This document shows, piece by piece, positions 13,463 to 27,677 of a stretch of DNA of 64,000 bases. The stretch lies in assembly GCA_951406725.2 (NCBI GenBank), contig OX597829.1:6076001-6140000 (forward strand), in the 5' to 3' direction. How positions within the stretch are numbered: position 1 is the stretch's first letter; each line of letters opens with the position of its first letter. The translations under genes and the position numbers were made by a program. The DNA is from Octopus vulgaris (Eukaryota). The notes beneath the pieces were generated by a model. It did no database searches and was not told the DNA's origin. It was given only the letters and a program-made list of their open reading frames with translations.

Positions 13463-15221
13463 CGACGTCACCGTCATAGTGTCTAGCCACGAGCACATCG
13501 AGCTGGTCGGCGAGACACTGAAAAACTACGAAGCGGTGACAGGAGCGAAAATCAACCGGGAAAAGTCAGTGGGCTTGCGACTAGGCACCTGGAGAAGCAA
13601 GCCCATGCCGTCCACCAGCGCCTCCGTCGTGGGACGCTGGACCGACGGCCCGGTTGAGTTGCTCGGGGTCTGGTTTGGTCCGGACCTCCAAGTGGAGAAG
13701 AACTGGAACGAGATAACGAGTAGGGTGGTCACTCTCGCCCGGCAATGGGCCGAGAGGAAACTGTCCCTAAAAGGTCGAGCGGAGGTGGCGAACACGTACA
13801 TCGCGTCCGTCATCTACTACCGCCTGACCGTCGTACCTTGTCCCGACCCTACCATCACCAAACTACAACGCATCCTCTTTCGCTTCTTGTGGAAAGGATG
13901 CGTCCCGATGGTCAGGCGATCCATTTGCTGTCAACACCCGTTAAAAGGAGGGCTGGGCATGCCGTGGTTGATGATGCGCAGACACGCGCTGAGACTGCGG
14001 CATCTCTGGCTCTATGTAGACGACGGTGAACAGATGTGGTCGCCGTTTGTGAGGCACGCTTTGCCGCAGCTCGTCTCCATGACCGAACTGCAGTCGTGGA
14101 TCAAAAAGAGGCCGAGGAAGGGCGAATGGCACCGCGAGTGTCGCGTTGCTCTCAAGCAACTCTGCCGTCATGGGTCGACCTTAAGTGACTTCAACACAAC
14201 CAAAGCATTCTATAGGGGATTAGTGGAGGGGAGGTACGACGACGAGCTCGGGGCGAACCTGGACGTCGACGAGGAATACCTGACCCGCCTGTTCAAGGAC
14301 GACTTTCGGGCCCGGGACCATGGACAACTTCCAGAGATCCCTGGCCTGGCAGTGCTACCGAGAAGCGCTACCCCTTCGGGATAAGCTCTACAGACACGGC
14401 TCGAGAAACACGGGGCCGACCTGCCCGAGATGCGGGCAGAGCGACGAAACCGCTCTGCACGCACTCGTTCAGTGTCCAACAATTTCCCACCTGTGGGCTT
14501 ATGTCGAACAACTGCTGTCACGTGTGGGACGTGTCGGTTTATCAGCTGAGTCTATCGTCAATATTGTCACGCCTCCTTCCTTCAAACGGGAAGGAAGAGC
14601 TATTTTCATCATCCTTGTGGCTATGGCGAAAGAATGTATCTGGTGGACGCGTCTGAAAGGATTGGAGACAAACACTTTCCTCTCTGGTCAATCTCTCATC
14701 AACTTCTTCAAGTACCACTTGAAAAGGAAAGTGAGAGTAGAGAGGCAAGTTTTGTCTAGCGAATGTTTTAAAAAAGATGGGTGAATGTAGCAAGAATGGC
14801 ACGTATGAATGACGAAGCCACCTTGAGCATAGTCCTATGAACCCAGAAATCGAAAACAGAGAGTTGCTTATTTGCAAAAAAAAAAAAAAAAAGAAATATA
14901 AAATGTGACTTCATTGACCGAGGTTACCGTGGTCTTTTCCGTAGGCTTTTCTTTCCACGGGTAAACCTCACCTGTCCTCCCCTTTACACTTCATATTGAC
15001 ATTTCTGTGATAACGATCCCTATTGATCAATTTTTTTCCTCCCCCTTTTTTTTTTAACCCCCCCTTTTTTTTGTCCTCTTTCTCTCCTTTTACGATCCCT
15101 TTTGATCGAAACTCCCCCTTCCCTTTTTTTTTTTTTTTTTTTTTTTAAACCTTCAAAAGAAAAGCTCTACCTTGTAATTTGTTCTATCTGTGTGCAGCCC
15201 TGTGTGGCTAATAAAGAAACA
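13463..15221 (+). mobile_element. Tx1/L1-type retrotransposon, 5'-truncated copy 3 (from the RT active-site region to the 3' end)
   Basis: DVTVIV...GAKINREKS...LLGVWF...LSLKGRAEVAN...GGLGMP...CPRCGQSDETALHALVQC, with one frameshift near 14297. Ends AATAAAGAAACA-(TATC)n. Confidence 0.93.
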
Positions 15222-15439
15222 TATCTATCTATCTATCTATTTATCTACCAGTCTGTCTGTCTATCTGTCTTCTGCACGGCCACATATGCATATAAACACA
15301 CATATTATATGTACATATTTATGCTAAGCATTCACTGCATGAATATGCATGCGCGCATGCTATGTAGGCAATATATATATTTGTATACGGTATTGTGGTA
15401 TTGTGGTATGTAAAAGCGTATATATGCATATGAAAAATT

Positions 15440-15481
<42 letters not shown>

Positions 15482-15554
15482 TATATCTACATATATATAT
15501 GCATATATATATATATATATATATATACATAGATACATAGATACATACATACAT

Positions 15555-15585
<31 letters not shown>

Positions 15586-17612
15586 CATATACAGCATATA
15601 TACACAAATACACACATGTATAATATATATGAATATATGTTGTCATGTATATATGCATTTGTATACTATTCATGAATGAGAATATAAGCTATATTTTCTT
15701 CATATATTTGTATATATATTTACATTCCTACACACACATATACATATACATATACATATTCACACATACATTCATACACACATACACACACACATATATA
15801 TATATCCATAAATTTATGTAGACATACATACACACTCACACACGCATATAAGCACACACATATCTATACAATTCCCGCCCTTTTCCACTGCCATTGCCAG
15901 TATTTCTGACAATGGTTGTGGAAAAGGGCGGGTATAGGCGGCTGGAAAAAAAAATCAAAAACTAATTTTAAAAATCAATGGCAAAATAAAACAAAATGGA
16001 AATGGAAACAAAAACAGTAGCTAAAGAGAGTGAGAAAATAATATATACAACCAACAGATTTACCTGCATCTGTCTTAGGCAGCGCCAACGTTTGACGCCA
16101 AACAGAATTATACAATTGCTTTTAGTTTTAAGGACTTATACGTATTCTTAGAAAATAACACTTGAATCAATTTTGTAAACTCTAGTGTATCCTCTCAAAA
16201 ACGAATTGCCCGTTCTTTTAAGTCTTGGACTTGTAATCCTAAATAGCATACTTATAATTTGACTTCTAAATAGGAATGTAACGTTTACAGTGACAAATAT
16301 TACTGCAATGTATTCTAATTTAATAGCAGACAATTATGACTTTTAAAAGTGATGTTCAAACTAGAAGACAGGTGTGTGTGTGTGTGTGTATGTGTGTTTG
16401 TGAATGTGTGTGTGTGTGTTAGTTTGCTTGAGCATGAATGCGTGTGTGTCAGTATGCATATTTGTATAGGCGTATATGAATGTACATGTGCACAAACGCC
16501 TACACACAAACACACACACACATGAACGTGATGTGCAAATGGGAGACGTGTGTTTGTGCATAAACATATATACTTATATAACTGCGTAAATACTTATGAC
16601 ACACACGTGCGCGCGTGCACACATAGATTTATATATATATATATATATATGCATGTGTATTTGTATGTATAAACACATAAGCACCATCATACATGTATGC
16701 GAGTCTGTACATATTCTACACGCCGTTGTATGTGTGTATGTACAATGCACATAATTCCATGGAAATTACGAACAAATGTAAATGCTTTCTCAATTGCCTC
16801 AAGTGATTGATAGGTAAACTATTACTACAATTAATAGCAGTAATACGTTTGTTGCCAGTTATTCTGCGTTTATATCTATGAAAACCAAAGTGATATGTAC
16901 TTTGAACAAATAATGAAGAAGGGTCATCACGAACTGAAATATGAAATCAGTGACCTAACATATGAACCATTATCTGAATTGAACATTTCTAAATAATATC
17001 TCTACATTAGAAAATGATGGATTAACTTTACAGTTAAGTTTAGATGCTGGCATTCTTTTTCAAGCAAGCTACATTTAATTCGAGTTTCTGCGACGAAGGA
17101 TTTCGAAAAAATGCAGGTATTGTGTACTATGGTAATGAGTTAATTGAGCAAATATTAGATGCTGCAAATAGGTAATTGAATAGGTGCATGATTAAACGTC
17201 TGTAAGTGTGTCAAACATTTTCACATTTAGCAAGAAATTATAACGAAAAATGGAGGACAATATATTTAAACTATGTATATCATGTTAAGAACCTCTGAAA
17301 TGTTACATAGACAATAATGGTAGTAAAGGTACACTTGAACATATCTTAGTAGTCTGATATTCAAGCGAGTGTACTTCGAATTTTTGATGAATAGCTGTAG
17401 GGGTTAGGTGAGGTTAATCACAACGAATACAAGATTAAATTTATTTCAAGGACAAGAAAAAAATTATACAAACGGAAAAAAAAATATTAGAATTTCAACG
17501 CTAACTCTTACAACATATTACAAATTGTCAGGATGATCAATGCAATAAACTGTTGTGTCTATAAACTTAACAACATACCTGCATTTAATTCGAATTAATG
17601 GTCCAAAAATGC

Positions 17613-17685
<73 letters not shown>

Positions 17686-17716
17686 TATATATATGTTGGT
17701 GTGTGTGTATATATGT

Positions 17717-17784
<68 letters not shown>

Positions 17785-17874
17785 TGCTTCGGATAGAAAA
17801 TTCAACAAAAATGTACTCAATCTGGTAAGAGATAAAAAAAAATGTTATTTAAAGGTCATGATGCATGCCTTAAA

Positions 17875-17927
17875 GCGTTACTAATAGTTTCATGTGTTGA
17901 GAAGGCTCAAACATATTCTTCAGGCGC
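17875..17927 (-). ncRNA. Type I hammerhead ribozyme-like motif (near intact)
   Basis: Minus strand reads GCGC-CTGAAGA-ATATGTTTGAG-CCTT-CTCAACACAT-GAAA-CTATTAG-TA-ACGC. Core complete; single mismatches in stems I and II. Confidence 0.65.
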
Positions 17928-18544
17928 AAACCAAATATCGTAACGAACAAAAGAAATTGAATAATAGAAGAAACATGAAAAAAACTGTGAAGGCGGCATA
18001 TAGAAAACGCAGAAAGTAAACAACGGAAAACGAAAAGCAGAAACTAAAATGTAAAAAATCAAAATCAAAAAGGTAAAAGAGCTATCCTCCTTAGACCTTA
18101 AATCATAAAGCTGGAAACACATACATATGTGCATATATATATTGTATGTATGTATGTATGTATGTATGTATGTATGTATGTATGTATGTATGTATGTATG
18201 TATGTATGTATGTATGTATGTTTGTATGTATGCATGTATGTATGTTTGTATGTATGCATGTATGCGTGTGTGTGTATATTTATCTGAAGATGCGTATCTA
18301 TACAGCTATTGTTGAATCATATCAATATAATGTGTATAGTATAAGTAACATTCAGCAATTATCATCTAATAATTGTGCATTGAAACAATTGCAGTGATTT
18401 GTAAAAAAAGGAGCCTGTTCGCTGTATCTTCTCGCATTATAATTCTTAAACAAACACATGCGTGCGCAACATGAATAATATCAGAAGATACACATATTTA
18501 AAGAAATGGAGATATGTACATGTGTGTGTGTGTGTATAAATATA

Positions 18545-18960
18545 TTACTCTTTTTTACTCTTTTACTTGTTTCAGTCATTTTGACTGCGGCCATGCTGGG
18601 GCACCATATTCAGTCGAGCAAATCGACCCCGGGACTTATTCTTTGTAAGCCCAGTACTTATTCTATCGGTCTCTTTTTCCGAACCGCTAGGTGACGGGGA
18701 CGTAAACACACCAGCATCGGTTGTCAAGCAATGCTAGGGGGACAAACACAGACACACAAATACACACACATACATATATATATATATACATGTATACGAC
18801 AGGCTTCTTTCAGTTTCCGTCTACAAAATCCACTCACAAGGCATAGGTCGGCCCAGGGCTATAGCAGAAGACACTTACCCAAGATGCCACGCAGTGGGAC
18901 TGAAACCGGAACCATGTGGCTGGTTAGCAAGCTACCTACCACACAGCCACTCCCGCGCCT
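18545..18960 (-). mobile_element. tRNA-derived SINE, family A
   Basis: Full-length match to the other family A copies. Confidence 0.88.
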
Positions 18961-19051
18961 ATATATATATATATAGTTGTCCTGGACACATTTCCCGTGT
19001 CCTTATGTTTTCAAAGGAGACATAAGCACCTCCACCCATCAAAACCATCAT

Positions 19052-19092
19052 CCAGAGACTAGTTTCAGAGTCATTGCTCATCATCAGTCTGG
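19052..19092 (-). ncRNA. Minimal type I hammerhead ribozyme
   Basis: Minus strand reads CCAGA-CTGATGA-TGAGCAATGACTCT-GAAA-CTAG-TC-TCTGG: 5-bp stem I, palindromic CTAG stem III, GUC cleavage triplet. The first stem II position is U-U. Confidence 0.75.
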
Positions 19093-19848
19093 TGTAGCAA
19101 GCCGTGCTACTCCAGAATGCAGTAACATTCTTCCCTTTCATGGGACTGTCACATTAGGTTGACAACATACTATCACTATTACAAATATTACAAATGTTGA
19201 ATAGAAATTATGTTGGCAGCGGTTATCGTATTCAACAATTTATAATGAGCATCAATTAGAATATCAATTGATTAGTTAATGAATGGATCAGCTGATTAGT
19301 TAATTTTTAATACCAATAACAAAATAAATGAAAAGGCCCGTTACAGTAAGGGGACATTGAAAAATGGGAAGAGATAGTTACAGCTCGAATACCCCTAATT
19401 ATAAGTATGGTCGATCAAGTTTAACTTGGATGTCTAAAACCAGACACCTCAACTGGACGACGAAACAATGTAACATCTTTGTGGTGGCGCAGCATGAGAA
19501 AAATAGGGGCGATATCAGCACTTTACTTTTGGTGTCACATCCCATTATGTTTAGAAAGGGAAGGCATATTTGATAATCTAATGCTAGATGCACTGAATCT
19601 AAAAAAGTATGAGATTGTCACCACTGATGTGCACCTGTAGAAAGCATTAGTTTATAATAATAATGAAAGATGAGTTCGAATGGTAGGAACAGTTTTCTGA
19701 AAAGAATATGAAACTTTTTTGATGCAGATATGCTATAAAAGGAATTTACATATATTAATCAAAACGACATGAGTAAACAACAGAATCGAAAATTTCACTA
19801 TGATCACTGAAACTAATTTGATTTTATGACATCAAGGCGAATAATAAA

Positions 19849-19901
<53 letters not shown>

Positions 19902-21063
19902 TACTTTCTTTCTCGTTCATTCTCATTCACTCTCGATGGTATCTTCCATAAATAACATCTGGGATATTACAATTAGGGTTACCAAATTTACCAAATCAGC
20001 TGTCTGTCATTATTATATGTTGCACAAAAATATATAATTCACGTGATAACTATACGCCGCAGCTGCATCAGTGATAAAAACCGATTTAAAAGAAATCTCC
20101 TTTCAGTTGTTAATGACAAAAAGAAAATATAAAAAGCTACAAAAACACTAAACACGAAACCTGTGATGGCTGCCAAGAAACAAACAAAAATAACTGAATA
20201 ATTCATAAAAATATTCAAAATTAGATTTACTTTTAGTTTTTTAGATCAATAAGTTGAAAATAGTCCCGTATGACTACATATATATATTTTAATATATTTT
20301 ACAGTTTATAAAATGCGCGAGGGTGGAAACCTGAAGAAATCAGTTTTGTTTGTCAAATATTTTTATGTATTTTAAATAAACAGAAAAGTAAAAATACAAA
20401 ACACTATATAAAAAAAACCCCATCAAAATATCATTCCTTCACATAATCCTTTCAAATTAAGTTTAAGGTGGAGTCTAATTATTTCGAGTTGCACAATTCA
20501 TAACTCACAACCCGTGTGTCCAAGTTTAAAACATAACATGAAGTTCATTGGTCTGGATGAGTCACTTTAGTGTAGAAATGGAATCTAACGTTTCGGAACT
20601 GATCCGACATTCAGAAAGTATTTGTCAGCTGTGTTTACAAATAAATGAAAGGTAAGTGAGAAGGGTGATGGGGTTAAACATAGAAATTGGGTGGAAATAG
20701 GGTGTAGAAGCAAAACAATTTAAAACTCACCTTCTGAATTGCCTTCTAACTTGAGAACACAAATACGAACAGTGAACACAAAGAGTGAACACAAATACAA
20801 GCAGAAAAGGTTCATAGTCTCATTGTGTGGATGATCGTGATGTGATATATGCACATACATGTGTATAAAAACAATGACTTTTAGAAATATTTACAGAAGA
20901 ATCTAATGACAGTTTTATATACAGACGCGCACGCATATATATCCATTGAATACAAGTACATGTATAAGTAAAGATATGGATAAGAATACATGGGCACAGA
21001 GTGATGTAATCACTTATAAAAATATATCTAAGAAAGTATGTATATATATATACATATACTTAT

Positions 21064-21620
<557 letters not shown>

Positions 21621-21657
21621 ATCTATATATATGTATATAAATATGAATATAAATATA

Positions 21658-21866
21658 AAGTTAATCAAAACATGAAAACACCAAGAGAAAACACAACAAC
21701 GCGAGGACGTGGAACAAATATAGTATTATTGGACGCTCAGGAAGGAAAGGAAGAAGGAGGGTTTAACGTTTCGAGCGGAGCTCTTCGTCGGAAACATAGG
21801 AGAAGGAAAGATCCAGAGAAGGGAAGACAGAGGAAAAAAAATCGCCAACGGTACACACGCGGTCAC
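21658..21866 (-). mobile_element. Penelope-type terminal-repeat relic with a hammerhead variant
   Basis: Minus strand reads TTT-CCGACGA-A-GAGC-TCC-GCTC-GAAA-CG-TT-AAA at ~21762-21793. Flanked by a duplicated ATATAAATATA. Confidence 0.5.
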
Positions 21867-21994
21867 ATATAAATATATATTGTTGTATTTAGGAATGGTC
21901 ATTTTGCCAGTTTAGCCAATAAAACACACGCACTATATATTTGGTGTTAATTTGCTTCAGCCTTATTTACTCTTTACATAATACTATTTACTTT

Positions 21995-22055
<61 letters not shown>

Positions 22056-22082
22056 TAATAATAATAATAATAAAATGTATAT

Positions 22083-22484
22083 AGGCGCAGGAGTGGCTGT
22101 GTGGTAAATAGCTTGCTAACCAACCACATGGTTCCGGGTTCAGTCCCTCTGCGTGGCACCTTGGGCAAGTGTCTTCTGCCGACCAATGCCTTGTGAGTGG
22201 ATTTGGTAGACGGAAACTGAAAGAAGCCCGTCGTATATATGTATATATATGTGTGTGCGTGTATGTTTGTGGGTCTGTGTTTGTCCCCCTAGCATTGCTT
22301 GACAACCGATGCTGGTGTGTTTACGTCCCCGTTACCTAGCGGTTCGGCAAAAGAGACCGATAGAATAAGTACTGGGCTTACAAAAGAATAAGTCCCGGGA
22401 TCGAGTTGCTCGATTAAAGGCGGTGCTCTAGCATGGCCGCAGTCAAATGACTGAAACAAGTAAAAGAGTAAAAGCGTAAAGAGT
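22083..22484 (+). mobile_element. tRNA-derived SINE, family A (well preserved)
   Basis: AGGCGCAGGAGTGGCTGTGTGGT head, GGTTCAGTCCC, and CAGTCAAATGACTGAAACAAGTAAAAGAGT tail. Confidence 0.9.
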
Positions 22485-22565
22485 TATTTACTTCCATTTG
22501 TTTATTTCTCTGTGTATTTTATTTTATTTTATTACGTTTTCAGTTTTGTTTATATTGTTATCAGT

Positions 22566-24460
22566 TTATGGGGATCTTATTCTGTCATATGCTGTGGCGT
22601 GTTGGGGGTGTGTGCTAGTGTTCCATTCCAGTTTCCTATTCAGGCTATGTTTATCTTCTTTGATGGGTGTAGCTTCCGCAATTTGTCTGATTGTTGCGTC
22701 TGTTCTATGTGTGGACAAGATTTTAACTTCTATGTTGTTAATTGAGCCCCCGTGTTGCTGCTCGGCGTGTTGGTACAGAACCGATGAGCTCTTTCCTTCC
22801 TTAAGTTCTCTCCAATTACCATTTACCCGCTCTCCTATGCTTCGTGCCGTTTCCCCTACGTATGTCGTTGTCTTGTTACTGCATCGTCCCTCTATACATC
22901 TTATACTATAGACTACATTTCTGGTTTTACAGTTTGTTTGTGGGCTAAACCTACACACAGTACAGTTCCTATCCGTACATGGGGTTCTACTAAATGGGTA
23001 GGTTCTACCGATTATGGTTTTGATAGGGTTTTCTGGCCTTTCTACAGCCTTAATCCCTAGCTTAAGTTTGTCTAGGGCCCTTCTAAAGTGGTACGCCAGT
23101 TCACCTCTAGGGGTGGTGTCAACGAACATGACACTCTGGTATTTGTGGCTATCATACCAAGAGTTGGCCTTCCCTATTTTCTTCTTTGTCCTTTCCATAG
23201 TGTTCCAAGACTTGCTCCTTTAGAGTGGGAAAATCCCATTCCTCTCATTACATAAGACAGTATCAAATTTCTTCATGGTTCCTTTGTATACTCTGATCCT
23301 TTCTTTATGTCTGTAACCTGAGAACTGCATGCGGTGAACGAAATGTTGTATGTGTCTCTTTAACTCTGTAGGCTCGCACATGCGGGACACATTTCGCATT
23401 ATTCTGACGAGGTCTGCCATCAAAATATTGAATTTGGCATTGTCTGCGATAGCTGAGTTCCGGTGGATCTAGTATTAGGAGGCCATAGGTTTGGCATAGT
23501 ACGAATGAAGGATTCGGGTTTTACTATTTTCAGCTTCTAGCCAGAGTTCTGTGTTTAGTACTGGTAGTCTATGGTTAGGGGGTTTAGTAGGCTAGTCTAT
23601 CGTGACCTTAATACTCTGGTGGATGGAGTTAGTTATTTGCTGAATGCTATCCATAGTATTAGTTTCTATTTCTATTTCAAGAGTACTCTTTTGTGGGGGT
23701 GCCTTTACCACTATGTTGATATCATCAACATAGCGAGAGTACATGTTCACGAGTATGGAGTTCTGTGTTAGGCGTTCCTTAAGCCTTCTGTCTCACCACA
23801 CCATGAAAAGGTTGGCCACATCACCGGCGATACTAACGCCGATGGCTGCCCCCTCGTCCTGGGCATATATTTTATTGTTAAGCTTAAACGTGTGGCCTTT
23901 TAGAATAACTCTTATATTAGCTCCTAGTGCATATGCGATCATTTTCTTTACCTGATGGACATTTGTGGGGTCCGTATGACTCTGGTCCATCCGCCCCATC
24001 TCTCTATATGGGTCTTCCTAGACATAGAAGTAATTGTGGGTGGTCTACCTCTTAAACGTCTACTAGGGCAGAAACTACTAAGATCATGTTTATCTAGGTA
24101 TTCGTTGTCATATATCAGTCTAAGTAGGAGGACCAGTTCCTCTGTGTTGACATTGCGGAACTCCACCTTCCTCTCGTTGATCATCTCCACGCACATTTCC
24201 ACCACAAAATCCACGTCGATCGATGGGTATAGGGATACCACATCCATGCTACCAACCATACATCCTGTCAGGTCGCAAGTGTTGTTACAGTCGTTGATCC
24301 TGCTGAGGAGATCTTCCGTGCTGTCACAAACATCAGGTGACATCCGGATTATAGGGCGTATGATCATTGAAAGGAAGTAGGAGATTCTGTAGTTGCTAGC
24401 GATATTCGCTCCACAGACTGCTCTTGTTGGTGGTCCTGCTACAGGGTCAGTGGTTACTTT
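22566..24460 (-). pseudogene. Penelope-like reverse transcriptase + GIY-YIG endonuclease (frameshifted)
   Basis: Motifs SMDVVSLYPSI, GAAIGVSIAGDVANLFM, RYVDDIN, YAKPMAS, CxxxxCxxC, and NVVYSIRC...YVGETARSIGER...H...H. Confidence 0.92.
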
Positions 24461-24830
24461 ATAGTCCTTGCGAAGTCCATACAGTGCCGGGATATCGTTT
24501 GGGGTCCCAGAACAATTGTCCCCATCATCATGTGGGCATTAAGGACCTTTTCTCTCTCCTCATGTGCCTGTAAAGTTGTTACTTTCGTATTGGCGATACG
24601 GGGTTGCATTGCCTGGTTGTAGTTAAAACTTTGTCCACACGTAGAACAGACCCAACAATCAGACTGGAATGGAACACTAGCACACACCACAGCATATGAC
24701 AGAAGAACCCCATAAACTGGTTACAATATAAACAAAACTGAAAACGCAATAAAATAAAATAAAATACATAGATAAATAAACAAATGGAAGTAAATAACTA
24801 TATACATTTTATTATTATTATTATTATTAT

Positions 24831-25308
24831 TGAGTGAGAGAGCAGTGCATGCCATCAAAGTGACACTGGGGTAAAATATACGAAGCCCAATATACCCATC
24901 ATGACTACCCGTCTGATAAAGGTACACCAGGTACATGCATCACAACCATATGTGCGCGACATGGTGATCTCATATCAAGATAAACAGCACATGACCTTGC
25001 AGGTGGAGCCCAGTTAGAATTTTCTTCAGGTTGAGTAGCCCATCCCGCTCAAAAGGTCCCTGAATAAGGGTTGTTTAAGGATGTTGAACCACCCATGTTT
25101 CCAGAGGTGAATTCTTCAAACCCCAAAGAATCCCTCTCAACACATGGCTATGATGCTCCCCCACTACTTCTGCTCGTGATCAGAGATGCACATATCGTCA
25201 GCCATTAAGGGACATGCTCAACTGGTTAAGGTCAAACAACTGACAAGCAAATCTGTGGTATTGAGCAGAATATTTGCTGTAGCCCATCTTTTATACCAAG
25301 ACAAAACA

Positions 25309-25310
<2 letters not shown>
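24831..25310. mobile_element. ~480-bp non-coding interspersed element embedded in (TAT/TAA)n
   Basis: Complex block flanked on both sides by (TAT)n (24809-24831 and 25311-25370) that interrupts the right arm of the Penelope element. Possibly related to Dong/R4 elements (inference). Confidence 0.55.
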
Positions 25311-25372
<62 letters not shown>

Positions 25373-25651
25373 CATACATACATACATACATACATAATAA
25401 TAATAATGATAATAATTATAATAATAATAAGTAGGTGTAAACACACGAACAGAAACAAAAACAAATTACACGAACGTATATAAACAGGAGATACAAATAT
25501 TACAGGCTTCCCCCCCACACGCACTAATAAAACATAGACACACATAGAGGTATACGCATGCGCAAATGAAGACACATGCCATAGAAATACAAAATACAAA
25601 ATGGCTGACGGTTAGTAAGGAGAGATACACAAATAAGAAGAAAGCAAAGGA

Positions 25652-25691
25652 CCACTGATGCGGTCACAGAAGTGTGACGAAAGAACTCTGG
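25652..25691 (+). ncRNA. Degenerate hammerhead motif in the Penelope terminal arm
   Basis: CCA-CTGATGC-G-GTCACA-GAAG-TGTGAC-GAAA-GAAC-TC-TGG, with an A9->C change in the core. Confidence 0.55.
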
Positions 25692-25852
25692 CCGAAATAA
25701 GATTAAGATTAATGTAAAAAATAAATAACACTGAAGTAAAGTAACACCAAATATATAGTGCGTGTGTTTTTATTAGCTAAACTGGCAAATGACCATTCCT
25801 AAATACAACAATATATATTTATATTCATATTTATATACATATATACACACAG

Positions 25853-25887
<35 letters not shown>

Positions 25888-26054
25888 CACTCAGAACTCA
25901 CAAAATAAAAACAAAAGAAGAAGACAAGTGGTGTAGACAACAAATATATGTATTAGTATAACGCTCAGGAAGTGAAAAAGTCGTTACCGTTTCGCTCTTC
26001 CCCTGAAAGGAATCAACGAGAGAAAATAAAGAATTATTTAGTGGCTAGCGATCT

Positions 26055-26131
<77 letters not shown>

Positions 26132-26238
26132 CTATATATACGTATATATCTATATATGTATATATATACATGCATACATACATACATATATATACATATA
26201 CATACATATATATATACATATATATACATATACATACA

Positions 26239-26342
<104 letters not shown>

Positions 26343-26594
26343 ATACATAAATCTATATAATAATAAAAGTAGGGAATATAATTCCAAATCTTATAGGGAA
26401 AAATTCAAGTTAGCAATTCAAAATCAAATTTCCCAATATATAACATATGTATATAATTTAGAGAAAAACTTCTATTAGACTATTCAATAATGAAATATGT
26501 TATTCACACCATATAGAAAACATATACTATAAAAGCCTTATTCCAAAAATCAATAAAGTACAAAAACAATAAATAGTAAATAGTAGTAAAAAGG

Positions 26595-26628
<34 letters not shown>

Positions 26629-26647
26629 CACGCACACACTCATACAC

Positions 26648-26709
<62 letters not shown>

Positions 26710-27059
26710 GTATATGGATGTGTGTAATTGTGTGTATGTGTGTTTATGTATACACAAATACAAATAGGGCTTATTTCAATGAAGAACGGCAAGAAATTGG
26801 GGAAAAAAGTGCTTAAATTTTAGGAGAATAAAGCCACGAAAACCAAGTAAGTACTATGGTTTCCAATAGAAAGGGAAAATGAATCGGGTACATGAAGCGA
26901 GAAGAAAGAGAATTAACAGATGAAGCCAAAGGGAGCGTATGTTTCTTCTTTTTCATGAATTCGGATTAAGCTAGATCCTCTCTTTCATTTGTAACTGAGT
27001 TTAAATATTGGAAGAATCATATGGTTGCAGTTATGTATGTGTAGATGCTTAGTTACATA

Positions 27060-27423
27060 TGTCATTATGTAGCTGTATGGTAAAAATATTGCTTTCCTAT
27101 CACGAGTTCAGTTCTACGCGTGGTACCTTGGGCACGTCTCTTCTACTATAGCCTCGGATCGACTGAAAGCCTTGTGAATAGATTTAGTAGACAGATACTG
27201 AAATAGGCCTGTCACATATATATGTGTATGTGTTTGTGTGCGTGTGTGTTTGTCTCTCACCATCGCTTGGCAACCGGTATTGGTTTATTTACATCTCTTG
27301 AGCAAAATAGACCGACTGAGTAAGTAACAGGCTGAAAATCAAAAATATAAGTACTGGAGTCAATTCATTCGACTAAAAATTCATCACGGTGTTGTTCCAG
27401 TATAATAACTTAAACAAGTAAAA
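27060..27423 (+). mobile_element. tRNA-derived SINE, family A (old copy)
   Basis: GGTACCTTGGGCACGTCTCTTCTACTATAGCCTCGG...AAGCCTTGTGAATAGATTTAGTAGAC...AAACAAGTAAAAG. Confidence 0.75.
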
Positions 27424-27596
27424 GGTTTCCCTAAACATGCACTTCACTTTTGAAGCTCCGAGGAACCTACGCGGTGATGTACAAATACTCAGCTCACCTC
27501 TTACTGCACTGTATTGTATTAGCTGTAAGCTAATGTGGTTCATTACCTACTTTCTTGTTCCTTTGTCATTTGTTTAATGTTATACGACCATATCTG

Positions 27597-27673
<77 letters not shown>

Positions 27674-27677
<4 letters not shown>

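Larger units (their letters stand above)
21870..25821 (-). mobile_element. Penelope-like element with inverted terminal arms, interrupted by a SINE and a (TAA)n-embedded element
   Basis: 21870-21985 is the reverse complement of ~25710-25821, and 22483-22725 is the reverse complement of ~24622-24800. The RT and GIY-YIG ORF remnant lies between the arms. Confidence 0.85.

Noticed and set aside
16850-17460. Complex stretch with LQLSLDAGILF, reminiscent of a CACTA transposase motif
   Set aside because: Single weak motif, many stops, no termini.
18731-18976. Recurrent ORF MLGGQT...RRHLPKMPRSGTE (also at 54733 and 59225)
   Set aside because: It is the antisense reading of SINE family A, not a gene family.
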